A stretch of DNA of 64,000 bases from positions 7,217,808-7,281,807 of the forward strand of contig CM082585.2 of assembly GCA_040954595.2 (NCBI GenBank), read 5' to 3'. Positions 35,282 to 48,764 of this stretch are shown here, one piece after another. How positions within the stretch are numbered: the stretch's first letter is position 1; each line of letters opens with the position of its first letter. The notes under the pieces were generated by a model. The model saw only the letters and a program-made list of their open reading frames with translations. It searched no databases and was not told the origin of the DNA. Made by a program: the position numbers and the translations under genes. This DNA is from Balanoglossus misakiensis. Taxonomy: Eukaryota; Animalia; Hemichordata.

Positions 35282-37302
35282 ATGAAGTTGTCTATTCTGT
35301 CGCTGCTTCTCATTGCTGGCCTGTTCAGTAAAGGTAAGGTCATTGGTCAATTATTGCGCTTCCTTTGGACACAACGCGGGGTCCTCGGGGAAGCATAATC
35401 GAACGCACGTCGGGACAATAGCCACACAGCTTGAAATGCATTGGGGTGACGTTATGAACTCTTAGTTAGTGCGGGGTCAATAAGAAACATCTTGGCCATG
35501 TACGACATGGTCAAAGAGACATGTCACGACCAACAAACCATTTTTGGAAATGTGCAAAAAAAATTCAGCCATTGCGTCTTTAACACTGTTCCTGCAGGCC
35601 TGGCCGACACCGTCTGCTACGGTGAACTAGGATGCTTCACCAACGATCCTCCATACGATAATACCAACTTCTTGCCAGAGGACCCGTCCCTCATCAACAC
35701 TGGCTTCGGACTCTACACCAAACTGAATCCAAACACTATGCAGATCGTCGACAGGAACGACCCAGCTTCGCTGGCCAATTCAAACTTTGATAAGAATCGC
35801 GACACGAAATTCCTTACCCACGGCTGGTTGTCTAATGGGGGTACTGGCTGGGTTGACGTTATGAAAGACCAATTTATAGCTTCGGTAAGCGGAATAATAT
35901 AGGTTTCCTTTGTAGAGGTCAAAGTTGTGTTTTGGACTCTGGTGTTGAAAGTGTTTAATATTAACCTTTTCATGGTTTGTAAACATTGTATGATATACCC
36001 GTGTAGTTGTCGATTTTTGTGAATGTGTTTCGCATCTTTACTGGTTGCACGGATGCAGCGAAGCGGCGATATCCAGAGAAAATGCCACATCCATGTTATA
36101 ATATTCCTGTTTCAAAACAGTCAGAAGATCTAAACATCTTTGCTGTCAACTGGGAAGATGGTGCGGACGGTCTCAACTACGGACAGGGCGTGGCCAACAC
36201 ACAGGTGGTGGGAGCTGAAATCGACGCTTTCATCAAATTTCTGGAGGCCGAGCTGGGAGGCTACAGCCACGACAAAGTGCATCTGATTGGTCACAGTCTT
36301 GGCGCCCACTGCAGCGGCCACGCCGGAGAGAGGATGCCAACTATTGGTCGCATCAGCGGTAAGTCCGTAGGGACACAGGATCACTTGTCCAATCTCCATT
36401 CAAGTTGTGTCTGTGACAGATATAGTGTGAAACGAGGTAACTTATCTAACACAGCCGGTGGGCGGGGGGGTGGGGGGGGGGTCGAAGGCGTGATCGCCGA
36501 ACCATAAATTTATATATTTTTGTCGCATTAACGGTCATTGGACATGGAACGTGTGCCTTTCAGGTCTGGACCCAGCCGGTCCCCAGTTCGAAGGATACGA
36601 TCCCGTTGTCAGAATCGACCCCACTGATGCCAAGTTTGTCGACATCACCCACACCGACGGCGAGGAAACTGGACTTACCGGGCTTGGAATCTGGCAGGAG
36701 GTAATGATGAGGAAGGTGTCCCTGTAAATCTAGCTTTGGGATAATTTTCTCGTTATTTTTTGTTTTTATTGGGCCCTTTCTGGAGACCAATTCATCTCTC
36801 TGTGTACAGCATGGTTACTTATATACATACTGTTTCACTCCTTTCTGTTTTTAGTGCGGACATGTGGATTTCTATCCTAATGGCGGAGACAACCAGCCAG
36901 GCTGTATAGCTGGTGAGTATCCTCACTGCACTGATCAGTGCAACAGACACATCGACAGCCGGTATCCACTGAAATCATACTCGGGTTTGCACACTTTGAC
37001 ATGTGTTGTTTGACACGGCAGTGGCCTTGCAGAATTTTGATACTGAAGTGCCAAATCCCCCCCCCCCTCCCTCTTCCTTTTCAGATGGTTGCGACCACGG
37101 GCGATGCCACGAGTACTACTCCGAGTCCATCAACAGCGCATGTCAGTTCGAAGCCAACCCGTGCACCCTGGGTAACTGGGCCGGCTGCACAAGCTGCAGT
37201 CCACTCTCCAATTGCAACTACATGGGCTACCACGCCAGAGCAGACCGCGCAGGCACATACTACCTGGAAACAAACAACAACTCCCCATTCTGCCAGGGCT
37301 AG
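35282..37302 (+). CDS. Lipase L2: pancreatic lipase-related, no PLAT domain; 6 exons
   Basis: Signal MKLSILSLLLIAGLFSKG; [55 protein letters not shown]; ends SPFCQG*. Confidence 0.92.
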
Positions 37303-39115
37303 GTCCAATCCTGGAAGTGGTTTCTCTATGAAGAGTCAAAGATCTGGATGACTTGTATATCTTCACTACAACCTTTTTTTTTCTCGTGTATTTGATGATC
37401 GTAGATAAATTAATAAAATATAAATTTTAAAAGTAACATGGTTTCCTTTTTTTACGTTACTGAACATGCTCTCTTCGTCTATGGATTCTAGGACACGGTC
37501 CCCCATCCAGACTGTAATATATCGCCAGTTACTATTTTCATCCATTGTGCACATCTCAGCGATGGCCATCACTTTCGGCGTTGATAAAGCAAAGAATTGA
37601 GATGCTTGAGAGACTGACATGTTTGTGAAAATCCGTCGCATATAGGGCCTACTATTAATACTTGACTTCACACGATACATAATATTATAACCCCACCATT
37701 GTGTATAATTACTGATATGCAAGAGAGACAGATAAAGACTATCTACACCAAACCTGACACAGTTGTCAGACTGATATCTTAGATTTGCCTGCGTGTGGTT
37801 TTTAAACTTTGATAACAAAATGGGGAGTTATCTGCCTGGGTCATCCACCCACCCTCCTCAGGAGTCATCAATATCCCCCTGTAGCGTTCTAGACTGCGAA
37901 TTCATCTAAGCGCCCTCGCCTTACGTCATGTACATATACCTCAAAGTTCCATTTTTGTTAACAAGCGGTATGGAGCATGTTACTGGCAACGCTCGCATGC
38001 AGACTGCTTTATACATTTTGAAGAAATTTTCAAAAAAGAAATATGAAAAATAACGCCACAGCATCGATGAGACCATCAAGATCGCAACTGATTGCAATTT
38101 CCGTGCAATTCAGGATCCAAAAATTCGAGAGAAAAACCCGCACTAGACTGTCTCGTGTGTGAAGACAGAAGTATTCGTGTACATCATTCGCTCTTTTGCA
38201 TCTCTGCGCAGCTGTAGTTTTCGTTTTCCGGTACACGTGGACCGAGTCTGCGCTCGACGCTTCCATGCCTTCACCGTTTCTACGTGTTTTCTTTTCTCTT
38301 CAAAAATCCTTCTGGGATCGAAATCACCACACACAAAATTTCTTGTTAAATACACGTGCTTGAAAAAAACACCTAATGTTACGCCCAAGGATGACACACT
38401 TTATTCGCGCTTTATCAATTATATATATTCGCGAACGGCCGTACTAAGTACTATACCCTAAATAGATTATGCAACTGTGATGAGCTAAAGCACATTTCGT
38501 TTCCCATGTACTCTGAAGTAATTAAACTGTCCAATGAAGTAACTAGTAGAAAAAAAGATAACCGACGTTAAGATATTCAGATACCTCGTTTATTTAAACC
38601 GTTTCGCCTTAATATAGACGCGCATTTGCACGGAGAGCGGTCCTCGTCTTACGCTTATTTGGAAACGGGTATGTGCTGAAACGTAAATACTCTGCCGTTT
38701 TGCGGTTACCCATCATAATATTACACAAGTTTATCGAGGCATTATTACTGACTGGATCCGAGACATTTTCACACGACAACATGTACTTCTAGATCAGACG
38801 AGACTGCGGAGAGGTGAATACTTCAAGAATGCAGTAGACACTAAAAAAGTCTCAATTTGTTATGGTGGATCTCTATTCACCTTCCATTCTGGCCACAAGG
38901 ATAGAAAGTAACACGTTCAGTGCAACTGTTGTCGACAACAAGAATTCAGTAGACAAGTCTTAAACAAGCCCAAAATTGGCGGACCAAAACGTCGCTGCTT
39001 AACAGTACATGAGTTTGACAGACGCATAGGCAATACGTCTAATAGGTGGAAACTTCACTCCGAGATTGATGGAAATAATTTGTCATTTATATTTTTATGC
39101 AGCTTTGCACAAATC

Positions 39116-41169
39116 ATGAAGGTGTGTGTTCTGTCACTGTTTGTCATCGCTACCCTTTTAAACAAAGGTAAGTTAAGCATTGATGTAAAATGGCAGAACA
39201 GTGGTTAAATTTGCCTGTGCGACCGTATACATTTAAACTATGGATCTGTAACTGCCATGTTAAAAGAGGCTAAATTTGAATTTGTGACTGTTTATACCTT
39301 CTAACATTATGTTCACAGGGCTAGCCGACACCGTCTGCTATGGTGAACTAGGATGCTTCACCAACGACCCTCCATACGATAATACCAACTTCTTGCCAGA
39401 GGACCCGTCCCTCATCAACACTGGTTTCGGACTCTACACCAAAACGAATCCAGACACTATGCAGATCGTCGACAGGAATGACCCAGCTTCGCTGGCCAAT
39501 TCAAACTTCAATAAGAATCACGACACGAAATTCCTTACCCACGGCTGGTTGTCTAATGGGGGTACTGCCTGGGTTGACGTTATGAAAAACGAATTTATAG
39601 CTTCGGTAAGCGGAATAATATAAGTTTCCTTTATAGAGGTCAAAGTTTATGATAAAAAAGTTGTGTTTTGGACTCTGGTGTTGAAAGTGTTTAATATTAA
39701 CCTTTTCATGGTTTGTAAACATTTTATGATATACCCGTGTAGTTGTCGATTTTTGTGATGTGGTTCGCATCTTTACTGGTTGCACGGATACAGCGAAGAG
39801 GCGATATCGAGAGAAAATGCCACATCCATATACATGTGTAATATTCATGTTTCAAACAGCCAGAAGATCTAAACATCTTTGCTGTCGACTGGCAAGATGG
39901 TGCGGACGGTCTCAACTACGGACAGGGCGTGGCCAACACACAGGTGGTGGGAGCTGAAATCGACGCTTTCATCAAATTTCTGGAGGCCGAGCTGGGAGGC
40001 TACAGCCACGACAAATTGCATCTGATTGGTCATAGTCTTGGCGCCCACTGCAGCGGCCACGCCGGAGAAAGGATGCCTACTATTGGTCGCATCAGCGGTA
40101 AGTCCATAGTGACATAGGATCACTAGTCCAATCTCCATTCAAGTTGTGTCTGTGACAGATATAGTGTGAAACGAGGTAACTTATCTAACACAGCCGGTGG
40201 GCGGGGGGTGGGGTGGGGGGGTCGAAGGCGTGATCGCCGAACCATACATTTATATATTTTTGTCGCATTAACGGTCATTGGACATGGAACGTGTGTCTTG
40301 TAGGTCTGGACCCAGCCGGTCCCCAGTTCGAAGGATACGATCCCGTTGTCAGAATCGACCCCACTGATGCCAAGTTTGTCGACATCACCCACACCGACGG
40401 CGAGGAAACTGGACTTACCGGGCTTGGAATCTGGCAGGAGGTAATGATGAGGAAGGTGTCCCTGTGAATCTAGCTTTGGGATAATTTTCTCGTTATTTTT
40501 TGGTTTTATTGGGCCCTTTCTGGAGACTAAATAATCTCTCTGTGTACGTACAGCATGGTTACTTATGTGCATACTGTTTCACTCCTTACTTTTTTAGTGC
40601 GGACATGTGGATTTCTATCCTAATGGCGGAGACAACCAACCTGGCTGTATAGCTGGTGAGTATCCTCACTGCAATGATCAGTGCAAAAGAATAGATTCCC
40701 GAAGTTGAATTTAATTCTCGGGGAGAATGGATGTTCATCAATTTCAGATATTCCTGCTACGCATGCGCACCTATGACCACCTCCACAGTCGGTATCCACT
40801 GAAATCTTACCCGGGTTTGCACTTTGACATGTGTTGCAGTGTTTGACACGGCAGTGGCTTTGGGGGGAAATGATTCTGAGAGTTTTTATACTGCGTTAAC
40901 CCCTATTTTCTTGATTGCCAAATTCGGGTTTTTTTCCCTCTTCCTTTTCAGATGGTTGCGATCATGGGCGATGCCACGAATACTACTCCGAGTCCATCAG
41001 AAGTTCCTGCTCGTTCACATCATATCCATGCACCCTGGGTAACTGGGCTGGCTGCACAAGCTGCAATGTAGCCACCAATTGCAACTACATGGGCTACAAA
41101 GCCCGAAATGACCGCGTAGGCACCTACTACCTGGAAACAAACAACAACTCTCCTTACTGCCAGAGCTAG
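39116..41169 (+). CDS. Lipase L3: pancreatic lipase-related, no PLAT domain; near-identical core to L2
   Basis: Signal MKVCVLSLFVIATLLNKG; same motifs as L2; ends SPYCQS*. Confidence 0.92.
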
Positions 41170-42152
41170 GTCCTGGAGACCCCAGAGGGGTGGCGCCGCA
41201 AGAATCAACACTGAACCTGATATCTGCCGTTAATACTGCATCTACAACGATTTCGTGAATTTGATGTTCTTGTCCAAATCTTATCCACATAAAAATAAAA
41301 TGTTCAAAACCTACCTGAGACGTGTGTATTATTACTAATGACAAGAGTGATTGGTTTGTGATAATAACATCTTGGACATTCTTTGTCAAAATGTGCATAA
41401 AAATTTGCAAGCTAGCTGAATTTTCATAGAAACTGAAACCGATATTTATGAAGAAAAAAACTGCCAAAAAAAATCAATGCAGTTTCACAGAATTCAGCAG
41501 ATTTATACGATATTTCTGAATATCTTATAATCACAACATACTTCAAATTGAGGGCTTTGTCTATATTTATAGAGTTAGTTCCGACATCAAACGCCGGCGG
41601 ATATCTAACTATATGGCCTTATGAGAACACTATGTCTGTCGAGTAAAAACACCATAATATTATTGTATAGCAAGATATCTTTTTTCACCACAACTTTCCT
41701 ATCGAAGACAGGATAAGCGGTAGATTAGTAGTTATATTTGCACCGTACACTGTTTAATTATTAAAATCATTTTATGATAATGACTCTTTATCGCTGGGCG
41801 AATATTAAATTCACGTTCCTCGGTCGGTACCTCATACAGAATATAGCGACCAGCCACATCGTAAACTGTAATCGCCAAAGTAAATACATATGTAGACGAT
41901 TCGGTTGGAAGAAAAGACAATACCCCAGCGGAAGGCCAGTCATCTCTCTGTGTCGCGTGGACTCAATCTCGTGTCAGATGTCCTATTCCCAGTGACTGCT
42001 CCACGTTTGCAAAAAAATAACAGCGCAGTATTATTATTTGAGCAAACAACGCTTTGCGCTTTGTGATTGGGGCGATTTGTTTGGTAAGTTTTTCATTAAT
42101 GTGACCATCACTATCTGATCGTCACTTTCACGTCATCATATTTTTAGCTTAG

Positions 42153-42237
42153 TTCATTCATCCATTCATGCGTTCGTTCGTTCGTTCGTTCGTTCATTCA
42201 TTCATCCATTCGCTCACTCATTCACTCATTCGTTCAT
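42153..42237. repeat. (TTCA/TTCG)n tetranucleotide repeat
   Basis: Visible run; a similar one lies at 49812-49845. Confidence 0.8.
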
Positions 42238-42310
42238 GCTAACCCCTTGCCTTCCTAATCTATACCTGAAATAACCCAACTCTGTCTGTTACCTGCAGAG
42301 TGCCGAGATA

Positions 42311-44348
42311 ATGGGGTCAAAGTATTTCTCACTGCTGTTGTTCCTGGGTGTTTTCGGCAGAGGTAACGTGGATTTGTCACCTTTAAATATCTTTCCGTAA
42401 TTTCACGAGGTTTCAAAATCTTTTAGGCTACTTTGTGATCGACTCCTCGATGTACCTATGTCCATATTATTCCCACTAGGTTTGTGCGAAACGGTGTGTT
42501 ACGGCGACCTGGGTTGCTTCACCAACGAATACCCGTACAACAACACCAACTTCCTACCCGAGGACCCGGCTGCCGTCAACACGCAATTCGGCCTCTACAC
42601 AAAACTGAACCAATATGGACGTCAGGTCATCAACGCCAGCGACCCAGCTACGCTGCACGACTCTTATTTCGACAAGACGAGAGACACTAAATTTCTGATA
42701 CACGGATGGATAAACAATTGGAACACAGAATGGGTTGTGCAAATGAAAGACGCATTTCTTAATTCTGCAAGTACCTATTTTTTTTACTCAAACAGGTTTC
42801 ATACTAAAACACAGGAAGCATAACCCTGGCGAGCCGGCATGTGTTAGTTGTTGACCAATCAAATCAGGCCATTTTCATGACCAATTGTAGTAAGCCTACT
42901 AACTCCAATCTCATATCTCCACATGGCTTCTATGACTTCTCCAGACAGAAGACCTCAATGTCATCACAGTGGATTGGGCCGATGGCGCCTGGGCAATTTA
43001 CGGCCAAGCAGTAGCCAACACCCAGATGGTGGGGGCTGAAGTAGACGCCTTCGTTAGATTTCTGGAGGCTGAGTACGGGGAGTACAGTCATGACAAAGTG
43101 CACCTGATTGGCCACAGTCTCGGCGCCCAATGCAGCGGCCATGCGGGAGAAAGGATGCCTACTATTGGTCGCATTTCAGGTGCGGACATTTCACATTGTT
43201 ATTTTCCGTAGACATGCATGGACAGCTTTTACAATATTTCCACCAGAGTTGCAATCTTAGTTTGAGAACTCGTTGGCATGCATCTGATATCAGATGATGA
43301 TATGTAATTTTTTTTTATTCCGCATCCGTACGACGTATTCTGCTCGGCAGGCCTGGACCCAGCAGGTCCACTGTATGAAAATGAGGACCCAGTCGTTAGG
43401 TTAGACGCAACAGACGCCAAATTTGTCGACGTTTTACACACGGACGCCAACAATGACTCTTCTGGGGCTGGTATCATAATGGAGGCAAGTTGGGCAACTC
43501 TCGTTTCTAATTTGCATGCATAGAAAAAGTAGTCGGCCCAAGAACCGGCATATGAAATCATGTATAAAAGGCATTATGGAAACTGGTTACTCGACAAAAC
43601 CATTTCTCCTGTCAAGACAGCGTGGATCCAGTATCCATGGAATTTCAATGTCCGCGATGGCACCCGCCAGAATGATGCACACAGAAGTAAGTACATGTAC
43701 AGAGTTTATGGTTTGCTTCCTTACAGTGTGGACATGCTGATTTTTACCCTAATGGTGGAGGCGATCAAGCCGGTTGCCCAGGTAAGCATGCATAGCAAGA
43801 TGGGATAAAGCTGGGCTGCGTGCGCGCGACAAGCCACGCAGCGCCCCCACGCCGAAAAAATCAGAACTTCTGTCTACCGCATTTGCTTGATAGATTCTTA
43901 AAAGCAAGCTGCCAATATTGATATATTTATGTCTTCCTGCATTTATTACCAGGAAGATACTTTCGCTTTCGAGATATTCCCTGAAAAGTGCCAATTAGGC
44001 TTGCAAATGTTATTTTCCTGGTAAACTATTAGGCCTACCTACGTCTATACGTATCATTCCTGTCCTATGATTGTTATTTTACTCTCTGCATTTATGCAGC
44101 AGCTGTTCTTTGTGATTCTTCTGCCAACAGACAATGACTGTGACCATGCCCGGGCCCCTGAATACTACATCGAGTCGATCAACAGCGTCTGCAAATTCCT
44201 GGCTTATGGACCCTGCGAGAGAGACCAATGGGCCACCTGCAACTCATGCAACCCGCTCTGTAACTACATGGGTTATACGGCCCAACCGGATAGCCCCGGG
44301 GTCTTCTACCTGGAAACCAATCCTAGCTATCCGTTCTGCATAGAGTAG
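42311..44348 (+). CDS. Lipase L4: pancreatic lipase-related, no PLAT domain
   Basis: Signal MGSKYFSLLLFLGVFGRG; [46 protein letters not shown]; ends YPFCIE*. Model uses GC donors at 42767 and 43485. Confidence 0.9.
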
Positions 44349-45728
44349 AGTGGCCACGTGGATGGGCGGCTTAATTTGCAAAAATTTCAAGTCCCAAATA
44401 AAATATGTTCTATACCTTTGCTGAATCGCAAACGTATTATTCAACTGTCGAACATTTTAGCAGAAATATTGTAAAATTAAACATATCCAAAGCAAACCCG
44501 CTTCAGGAAATATTTGTGAATATAACCAAACGCACACGCACCCTTGAGCTCAAAAGCAACCTCATGTGATGACATTTTTATTTTTATGTGATTAGAATAA
44601 ACTGAATGATATAAATAAAAGTATAATCACTATAATAACTGACTGGAATATGGATCGGGGCCAATTAGGGCAAAGGTAATATTTAACGGTGTCGAGTGGA
44701 CAGCTACGATCCCTGAGATATTCTGTTTATATTATAGTCTAGCACATGTATATTGATGGCGCAAAAACAAGCGATGTGATTGGTCGAGACGCGAAAATAT
44801 CAGTGCTTCCTGATACTCATCCAAGTGGCCCTGAATGTGAATACGTGTTATGCTATGTACACTTTGGATAAACAAAATACAGTAACAGAGCGAATTCGGG
44901 GAGAAACTTGGGCCTGAGCGAGCCTACCGGCGCGAACTACAAATTATGTGCCCGAGAACAAATTGTCGTCTGCAACTTGAGCTCAGTGTTGCCAACGCAA
45001 CGTTAAACGTTACAGGTGAACCACGTGCCAGCCACGTTTACTTCGTATAAACGGGGGATGCAAGGGCGACCACGCCCAGGAATTCAAGCGCCTCATCGCA
45101 CGTAAAGATAATAAAATCTGCACTTACCAACCAACAACTGCGCTGTCCTGCTTATCCATTGAGGTCGGAGAATCGCCACAAACCATATATCGCATGTCTC
45201 TTCAATTTAAAGTTCACGTCATCGGTCATATTTACCGAGTGAGTCAAATTCTGCTATAATTTCAGGCACTTGGCAATATAGGCCTATCAAAACTATGGTT
45301 TGTTTCAAAGCGGTATTTCCAAAACCAAAATAAACGTCTGTAAAGATGATTAAATCGGAGAAAAACGTTATCCATCGTCGTTTAGTTCAGCCCTGCTCCC
45401 AGCAAACGTGCACGGCAAACGCCATTTTCAAAATTGGAACATAGTTGATAGTTTATTGTTATGTAAATTTTGTCTCCCTAGTTGGCCGGCTCCAGGCGTG
45501 ACATTCGCTACTTGGATTCGAGATTATGGTATCACGATTATTCATATTTCAGGGCCGGACACTTCGAAAACTTTGTTTACAAACACTCGATTTTTGACAA
45601 ATTCAACAGCACAGTGAACTAGTACTGGCCAGACTCTGAATCTCGTGGTGAACCTGTCCGGCCGCGGGTGTTTTTTTTATTATACACGTATACACTTCGT
45701 CTCCTCTATTCCGAGCCTCTCAATCAAC

Positions 45729-48229
45729 ATGAAGGTCCACATAATATCGCTCTTAATCGTTTTCCGTTATTTTACGCCAGGTAAGACATATTATCTCTCA
45801 GTCGGCTTCGGACTCTCCTCAATCAATCTTGACACACGTCAGTTTTGTCTTCTTTTACCTAGTTAGTTTGATAATACATGTCTGCTTTTATTCATACATC
45901 GTTCTGTTATTGAGTATTTCACTGACCAACAGACACGTTATTTAGCTAGCAAACCATCTTTTATACAAATCTTTTATTACAACAGGCTTGTGTTTGTGCG
46001 GCACTTTTATCAGTTGTCCCTTGCAAATCGATGTGCGTTCTGTTATATTTTGTGTGTTTGTTGCATTCTCCGTTCTTGTCTCCACAGGTTTGTCTGCCAC
46101 CGTCTGTTACGGAGACCTCGGTTGTTTCACCAACGAGTACCCTTACAATAACTCCCCCTTCTTGCCGCAGGACCCGGCCACCGTCAATGTCGGGTTCCGG
46201 CTGTACACAAAGCTGAACACAGACCAATTTCAACTGATCGACCGGCAGGACCCGTCCACGTTGCATAACTCCAACTTTGACAAGACGTTGGACTCCAAAT
46301 TCTTAATTCACGGCTGGTCGGCAAGCGCCAATGACACCTGGGTCATAGACATGAAAAATGAATTTCTTAACTCTGTAAGTGTGTAGATGTTGTTAATGCT
46401 TCTAAAGGGAACAGAATCGTCACAAAGCATAGATGATAGGGGTTGATCAGTAACTGCGAACATGTAGTCATTATCTCAGTGAAACAGCTGTCTATCTGGT
46501 GATCTTCAAATATGATGATCTCGTGGCGAAAATAACCTAATTGGAACTATGGGATAAGCAATTACAATTTCTTTAATTATTTATCAATTTTATCATTGTC
46601 TTTCACACAAAAACGTGAATTTCGTTGCCGATTTATTTCGAATGATCGGTGTTTTGTGTCATCCCATTTTTCTAACCAGCTGGAAGACCTGAATGTCATC
46701 GCGGTGAATTGGGAAGATGGCGCCGGGGTGATATACGAACAGGCTGTATCCAACACCCAGATAGTGGGAGCCGAAGTAGACGCCTTCGTTCGATTTCTGG
46801 AGGCTGAGTACGGGGAGTACAGCCATGACAAAGTGCACCTGATTGGCCACAGTCTCGGCGCCCAGAGCAGCGGCCATGCGGGAGAAAGGATGCCTACTAT
46901 TGGCCGAATCTCGGGTATCTTAACGTAAATTGCTTGTCGATTGGCTGGATCAGTTAACAGTTGATTTATGACGACAGTTGGCGTGGGAAAGGGGCGACCT
47001 GAAAAATTGCTGTGTTTGTCTCGTGACAACTGACTACTTTATTTAGGTCTTCGGGACATTTTGGCCAAAATTGGCAGAAATCTGGTAATAAAATGATAAT
47101 CATTAAGGGGGCAAAGCCATTGAAGTATTACCTGTAATGAAATCATTTTACACAACCCATACAATGAGAGACCATAATGTAGGTCGAGCCAACGGGTCAT
47201 TTTTTTTCAAAAGTGTGTCGAGTTGACAGCGATGCATATCAGTTTTTTTTTTATCTTACAAAAATGCCTTGTCATCATATTCACCTGAAACGCATTGTTA
47301 TTATACATGGAAATGTCCATGGTAGAATATCTCTGGTAAAGCATGCTTTAACCTTATTTAACACGAGAAACGCCACTTTGAATATTCGAATGCTTATGCC
47401 TCGCCAGGTTTAGACCCGGCCGGACCGAACTTTGAAGGCGAGCACCCGGATGTACGCTTGGACCCAACCGATGCCAAGTTTGTCGACGTCATGCATACTG
47501 ATGCCAATCTCGACCAATCCGGAAACGGCATCATAGCAGAGGTATCACAAAATTGGTTCTAAATTAAAAACCCCACGAAGCAAGACTTTGAATTGAGACT
47601 TGTGTCCTAACATGCTACATATGTCATCGATTGGTAGTATTAACGCTGTACTTCGTTCCTAGCTGAATGACTTGTACACCCGTTTCACGATAAATATGGC
47701 GGCTTTCTCCTTCTTATGTCGTCTCTGTTCTTGTTTTAGTGTGGGCATGTAGACTTTTACCCAAACGGTGGAGAAAATCAACCCGGCTGTTCGGGCGCCC
47801 TTGGTGAGTTCATTCATGATGCGGGGTCAAGCGACTCATTTTATCGTTCAGTATACTAAAGCACCAAGAACGTACAATTTCATGCATAAACCATGGCGAC
47901 AAGTATATCAGATTCCATTTTTTTTTTAAATAAAGATTCTCACTGTTTTTATTCAAACAGTTATGCTTCAGGTTGATAAAATCCGTTTCATTCACTTCCT
48001 TTTCTCCGCAGTCGATTTATGTGACCACGGCAAAACCTTGCAATTCTACACCGAGTCGATCAACAGCGATTGTAAATTCCTGGCGTATGGTCCCTGCGAA
48101 AGGGGCCAGTGGGCCACGTGCACCTCTTGCAATCCTGTCTGCAATTACATGGGCTACTTTGCGAGTCCCGACAGCCAGGGGGTCTTCTACCTGGAAACCA
48201 ACGCACAGTCGCCATTTTGTATTCAATGA
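45729..48229 (+). CDS. Lipase L5: pancreatic lipase-related, no PLAT domain
   Basis: Signal [18 protein letters not shown]; [41 protein letters not shown]; ends SPFCIQ*. Confidence 0.9.
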
Positions 48230-48764
48230 ACAATAATTTTTGAACAGTGCGCAAGATATCTTTTTGTGTCTGATGTTCTGAGTCTGTGTCAGAAACGTGA
48301 CAAATAAATTTAACATGGTTATCAATAGCATGTAGGTTTTTGATATTTGTTGTGTTTTGTAATGGTATGTGTGGTATTATGAGTTTTGAGAAACGTGGTG
48401 TGTAAATTTATAGAAACATCCGAAGAAATCGAAACCGGAAGTAGATTATCCGCCATTGCGCACAGTAAGTGAGTTGCATGCAAATGTTGGTGATAGTTCA
48501 CTGTTCATGATGCTTGCTGTAGTCCGTCCAGGTCGTGAAGAGGGAGAGGTGGATTATTATTATCTCGCTCATCTTTATAATTTTTTTGATATCTTTATTG
48601 TACCATAAAAGACCAGCGTGATATCATCAGGCGTCGTTTTCTCACGTTGCTACTCGTTAACGTGAAAATGTAGGTCATAAACCATGACGATTTTTTAAAA
48701 TAAAAGGCATATTTGGTGTATAAAGGGGTCAGTCAAAATCGTGGACGCCTAGCGTTTCATCAAA

